Source of the DNA: Sterolibacterium sp.
Lineage (GTDB): Bacteria > Pseudomonadota > Gammaproteobacteria > Burkholderiales > Rhodocyclaceae
DNA length: 55,603 nucleotides
NCBI GenBank assembly: GCA_041665185.1
Contig: JBAYJH010000001.1
Span: forward strand, 1-55,603
Reading direction: 5' to 3'
Under the pieces are notes generated by a model that was not told the origin of the DNA, searched no databases, and was given only the letters and a program-made list of their open reading frames with translations. How positions within the stretch are numbered: the first letter of the stretch is position 1; the number at the start of each line of letters is the position of its first letter. This document shows positions 52,694 to 55,603 of this stretch, one piece after another. The position numbers were made by a program, and so were the translations under genes.

Positions 52694-54088
52694 ATGAAGT
52701 CCAAACCCCTGTTGGCTCCCGATTCCCTGGCCTATGCCCTGCTGCGGGCGGCCGAGGTCATTGCCGGCGTGATCGACGACCGTCCCAGGGCGGCTAAGGC
52801 CTTAGCGCGTGGCGCGGGCCCTGGGCGCAACCTGGATGCTGCGCTCGCCGCCTGCTGGCAAGCGCATGCACAGACGCTGACCGCCGGACAGCGCGGCGCG
52901 GTTCAGGATCTGGCCTACGGAACCCTGCGCCAATTTGGCCGCGGTGATTTCATGCTGGGCCGCCTGTTGCGCACACCGTTGCAGGAAGGCGAGGATACCC
53001 CGGGAAAGCTCCTGTTGCGCGCACTCTTGCTCACCGCGCTATACCGGCTCGAAGCCAGGCCGGCCGAAGCACATACCATCGTCGACCAGGCAGTCACCGC
53101 CGCGGCTGAGATCGATCATGGCCGGTTCAAACCCCTGGTCAATGCCGTCCTGCGCAATCGCTTGCGGCGCGACGGCGAGTTGCTGGCGGCCGCCAATGCC
53201 GATCCGGTGGCGCGTTACCAGCACCCGTCATGGTGGATCGAAAAAATCCGCCTGGCCCATCCGGCAGACTGGGAAGACATACTCGCCGCAGATAATTCCC
53301 ATCCGCCCATGACCTTGCGTGTGAACCGGCGCCGTATCGACGCCGGGGAGTATCTGGTCCTGCTGTCGGCCGCAGGAATAAGCGCCCGCCGGCTGGCGGA
53401 CCAGGAATGCGCCATCCTGCTGGAGCGGCCGCAGGCAGTGGACAAGCTGCCGGGATTCTTCGACGGCCTGGTCTCTGTGCAGGATAGCGGCGCCCAGCAT
53501 GCGGCGCTCTTGCTCGATGCAGTCGCCGGCATGCGCGTCCTGGACGCCTGCGCCGCCCCCGGCGGCAAGGCCACCCATCTGCTGGAACTCGCCGACGTGG
53601 ATCTGCTGGCCCTGGATGCGGAGCCGGCAAGGACCGCCAGGATTGCCGAAAATCTCGACCGTCTGGGTCTGCATGCCGAAGTGCAGACGGCCGATTGCCG
53701 GGCGCTTGAGAACTGGTGGGATGGTCGCCCCTTCCAGCGCATACTCGCCGACGTGCCGTGTACCGCCTCGGGGGTGGTGCGCCGCCATCCCGATGCCAAA
53801 TGGCTGAGGCGCGAAGCCGACATCGCCGGTTTTGCGCGCAGCCAGACGGAGATTCTCGATGCCCTGTGGCGCGTACTCGCCCCCGGTGGCAGAATGCTCT
53901 ACTGCACATGCTCGTTGTTCCCACAGGAAAACGACGTGCAGATGGCCGCTTTCAAGGCACGCCACGCCGATGCATCGACCCTGCCCGTCAGGGGTGGAGA
54001 CAGGACAGGAGAGTTGCAACAATGGCAAATGGTGCCGCAAGCGGAACATGACGGTTTTTTCTATGCCTTGCTGCAGAAACTCGAATAG
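52694..54088 (+). CDS. rsmB: 16S rRNA m5C967 methyltransferase RsmB (Sun)
   Basis: 464 aa with a NusB-like N-terminus and a methyltransferase core (DACAAPGGKATH, DVPCTASGVVRRHPD, YCTCS). Confidence 0.9.
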   Translation: MKSKPLLAPDSLAYALLRAAEVIAGVIDDRPRAAKALARGAGPGRNLDAALAACWQAHAQTLTAGQRGAVQDLAYGTLRQFGRGDFMLGRLLRTPLQEGEDTPGKLLLRALLLTALYRLEARPAEAHTIVDQAVTAAAEIDHGRFKPLVNAVLRNRLRRDGELLAAANADPVARYQHPSWWIEKIRLAHPADWEDILAADNSHPPMTLRVNRRRIDAGEYLVLLSAAGISARRLADQECAILLERPQAVDKLPGFFDGLVSVQDSGAQHAALLLDAVAGMRVLDACAAPGGKATHLLELADVDLLALDAEPARTARIAENLDRLGLHAEVQTADCRALENWWDGRPFQRILADVPCTASGVVRRHPDAKWLRREADIAGFARSQTEILDALWRVLAPGGRMLYCTCSLFPQENDVQMAAFKARHADASTLPVRGGDRTGELQQWQMVPQAEHDGFFYALLQKLE

Positions 54089-54662
54089 ATCCTTGCTGCG
54101 ACTGTTCGTCGCCGCCTGCCTATTCGGTCTGGCCGCCCTGGCCTGGGCCGGCAGGATCGAGCCGTCCTCGGCCCAACTGACGTCCGGCGAAGACGCCTAT
54201 GTGCTTTCCGCCGATTTCGAGATCGATCTGGGCGGCCATTTCGAGGATGCGGTGTCGCGCGGCGTGCCGCTGTATTTTGTCCTCGAACTGGAGATTACCC
54301 GTAACCGCTGGTATTGGCCGAGCGAGCATATTGCCGGGCGCAGCCTCAATTACCGCCTCGCCTATATTCCGCTGACACGCCAGTACCGGCTTTCCAGCGG
54401 CGGCACGCTGCACCAGAATTTTGCAACCTTGAGCGAAGCATTGCGGGTGATGGGACGGGTGGCGGCGCTGCCGGTTGCCGACAAGAGCGTCCTGAAAATA
54501 GGCGAGACCTACCAGGTAGCGCTGCGCTTGGCGCTGGATCGGCAACAGTTGCCCAAACCCCTACAGGTCGACGCGATCGGCAACAAGGACTGGCAGGTCG
54601 AAGCCAAGGTGTTGCGCTGGCAGTTCGTTCCGGCAGTTGCGCATGAGCGGGAGGCAAAATGA
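54063..54662 (+). CDS. DUF4390 domain protein
   Basis: About 199 aa with an N-terminal hydrophobic segment. Conserved position between rsmB and the NtrY-like kinase. The start is uncertain (the ATG at 54063 overlaps rsmB by 26 nt). Confidence 0.65.
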   Translation: MPCCRNSNRSLLRLFVAACLFGLAALAWAGRIEPSSAQLTSGEDAYVLSADFEIDLGGHFEDAVSRGVPLYFVLELEITRNRWYWPSEHIAGRSLNYRLAYIPLTRQYRLSSGGTLHQNFATLSEALRVMGRVAALPVADKSVLKIGETYQVALRLALDRQQLPKPLQVDAIGNKDWQVEAKVLRWQFVPAVAHEREAK

Positions 54663-55603
54663 AGATTCTCGTCATCGTCGCTGCGGCAATCGGCGTGATC
54701 CTGCTGTTCCTGCTGGCTTCGGCCAGCGCCAACACGGCGCAGTTCGTGAACAACTATCCGCTGCTGCTGGGCCTCAATGCGGTCGTCGTGCTGGCCTTGC
54801 TGGTGCTGGTGGTGGTGCAGTTGCGCACCATATGGCGCGAATATCGCGAGCGGGTGTTCGGCTCTCGGCTCAAGTCCAGGCTGTTGCTGATGCTGGCATT
54901 GATGGCGGTGTTGCCGGGTGCCCTGGTATACGGCGTGTCGCTGCAATTTGCCATGAACAGCATCGAATCGTGGTTCGATGTGCGTGTCGACAGTGCCTTG
55001 GAGGGCGGCCTCAATCTGGGCCGTAATGTGCTCGACAGCCAGCTTGCCGAACTGACTGAAAAGGCCCGTGGCATGGCGATCCAGCTGGGGGATGCCGGCG
55101 ATTCCAAAGTGCTGCGGGCCACCCAGTTGAATCGCCTGCGCGAGCAGGCGGGCGCACAAACGGCAACCTTGTTGACCAGTACCGGGCAAGTATTGGCGAG
55201 CAGTTCAGTGGACATGGACAAGCTCCTCCCCGACCTGCCCAGCGCCGCACAGCTGCGCCAGGCTCGTCAGGGCCGTGGCTTGTCGCAGGTGGAAGGTGAT
55301 GCCACCAGCGGCCTGACATTGCGCGTGCTGGTGCCGGTGACCGGCAGCGCTCTGACGGTCGAAAATCGCGTGTTGCAGGTGACCCAGCCGGTGCCGCCGG
55401 CCATAGCCAAGAGCGCCGCCAGTGTCGAGGCCGCCTACCGCGACTACCAGGAGCTGTCGGTGGGGCGCACGGGCCTGAAGCGAATCTACACCCTGACCCT
55501 GACCCTGACCTTGCTGCTGGCCTTGTTCGCCGCGATTGCCCTGGCGTTTTTCCTGGCCAAGCGGCTGGCGGCGCCCCTGTTGATCCTGGCGGAAGGCACA
55601 CAA
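54659..55603 (+). CDS. NtrY-like sensor histidine kinase, N-terminal part (runs off the window end)
   Basis: Open frame from ATG 54659 (ATGA overlap with the previous gene) to the window end. TM helices, a periplasmic-type domain and the start of a HAMP region (FLAKRLAAPLLILAEGT). Not listed in the ORF track because it has no stop. Confidence 0.7.
   Translation, partial: MKILVIVAAAIGVILLFLLASASANTAQFVNNYPLLLGLNAVVVLALLVLVVVQLRTIWREYRERVFGSRLKSRLLLMLALMAVLPGALVYGVSLQFAMNSIESWFDVRVDSALEGGLNLGRNVLDSQLAELTEKARGMAIQLGDAGDSKVLRATQLNRLREQAGAQTATLLTSTGQVLASSSVDMDKLLPDLPSAAQLRQARQGRGLSQVEGDATSGLTLRVLVPVTGSALTVENRVLQVTQPVPPAIAKSAASVEAAYRDYQELSVGRTGLKRIYTLTLTLTLLLALFAAIALAFFLAKRLAAPLLILAEGTQ

Noticed and set aside
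55488-55510. (CCCTGA)-type hexamer run inside the NtrY-like gene, encoding TLTLTLTL. Possible phase-variable microsatellite.
   Set aside because: There are only about 3.5 units. It is in frame and encodes a plausible TM-helix segment, and the run is too short for efficient slippage.

Overview
High-GC proteobacterial chromosome segment with betaproteobacterial gene order, mostly conserved housekeeping genes. Order: liv-type branched-chain amino acid ABC operon; two parS sites; mnmG-rsmG-parA-parB; the complete atpIBEFHAGDC operon; a TetR-regulated RND efflux operon ending in an orphan MlaF-like ATPase; the ubiE / Tim44-like / ubiJ-like cluster; phoB; a HIT protein coupled to a 549-aa unknown; bacteriohemerythrin; a SWIM/SNF2 helicase; oxyR with rubrerythrin, rubredoxin and rubredoxin reductase; a mobile element; hflX; a decayed LLM oxidoreductase gene; a lipase-like lipoprotein; a type IA topoisomerase; smg-dprA; a LysM protein; def-fmt; htpX; rsmB; DUF4390; and the 5' part of an NtrY-like kinase. 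The clearest accessory feature is a 3.2-kb recombinase-in-trio (RIT)-type element at 36613-39858: three overlapping tyrosine recombinase genes between 75-bp inverted repeats whose outer 28 bp are self-palindromic. Other points worth a second look: twin parS sites inside a perfect 58-bp palindrome; a 1-nt frame break in atpD; a frameshifted first RIT recombinase; an internally deleted LLM gene; a 24-27-bp tandem repeat after ubiE carrying four in-frame TAG codons; an MlaF-like ATPase translationally coupled to the efflux operon; and candidate OxyR and Pho boxes. I saw no rRNA, tRNA or CRISPR array. All function calls come from reading the translated sequences for motifs and from synteny; no database search was run.
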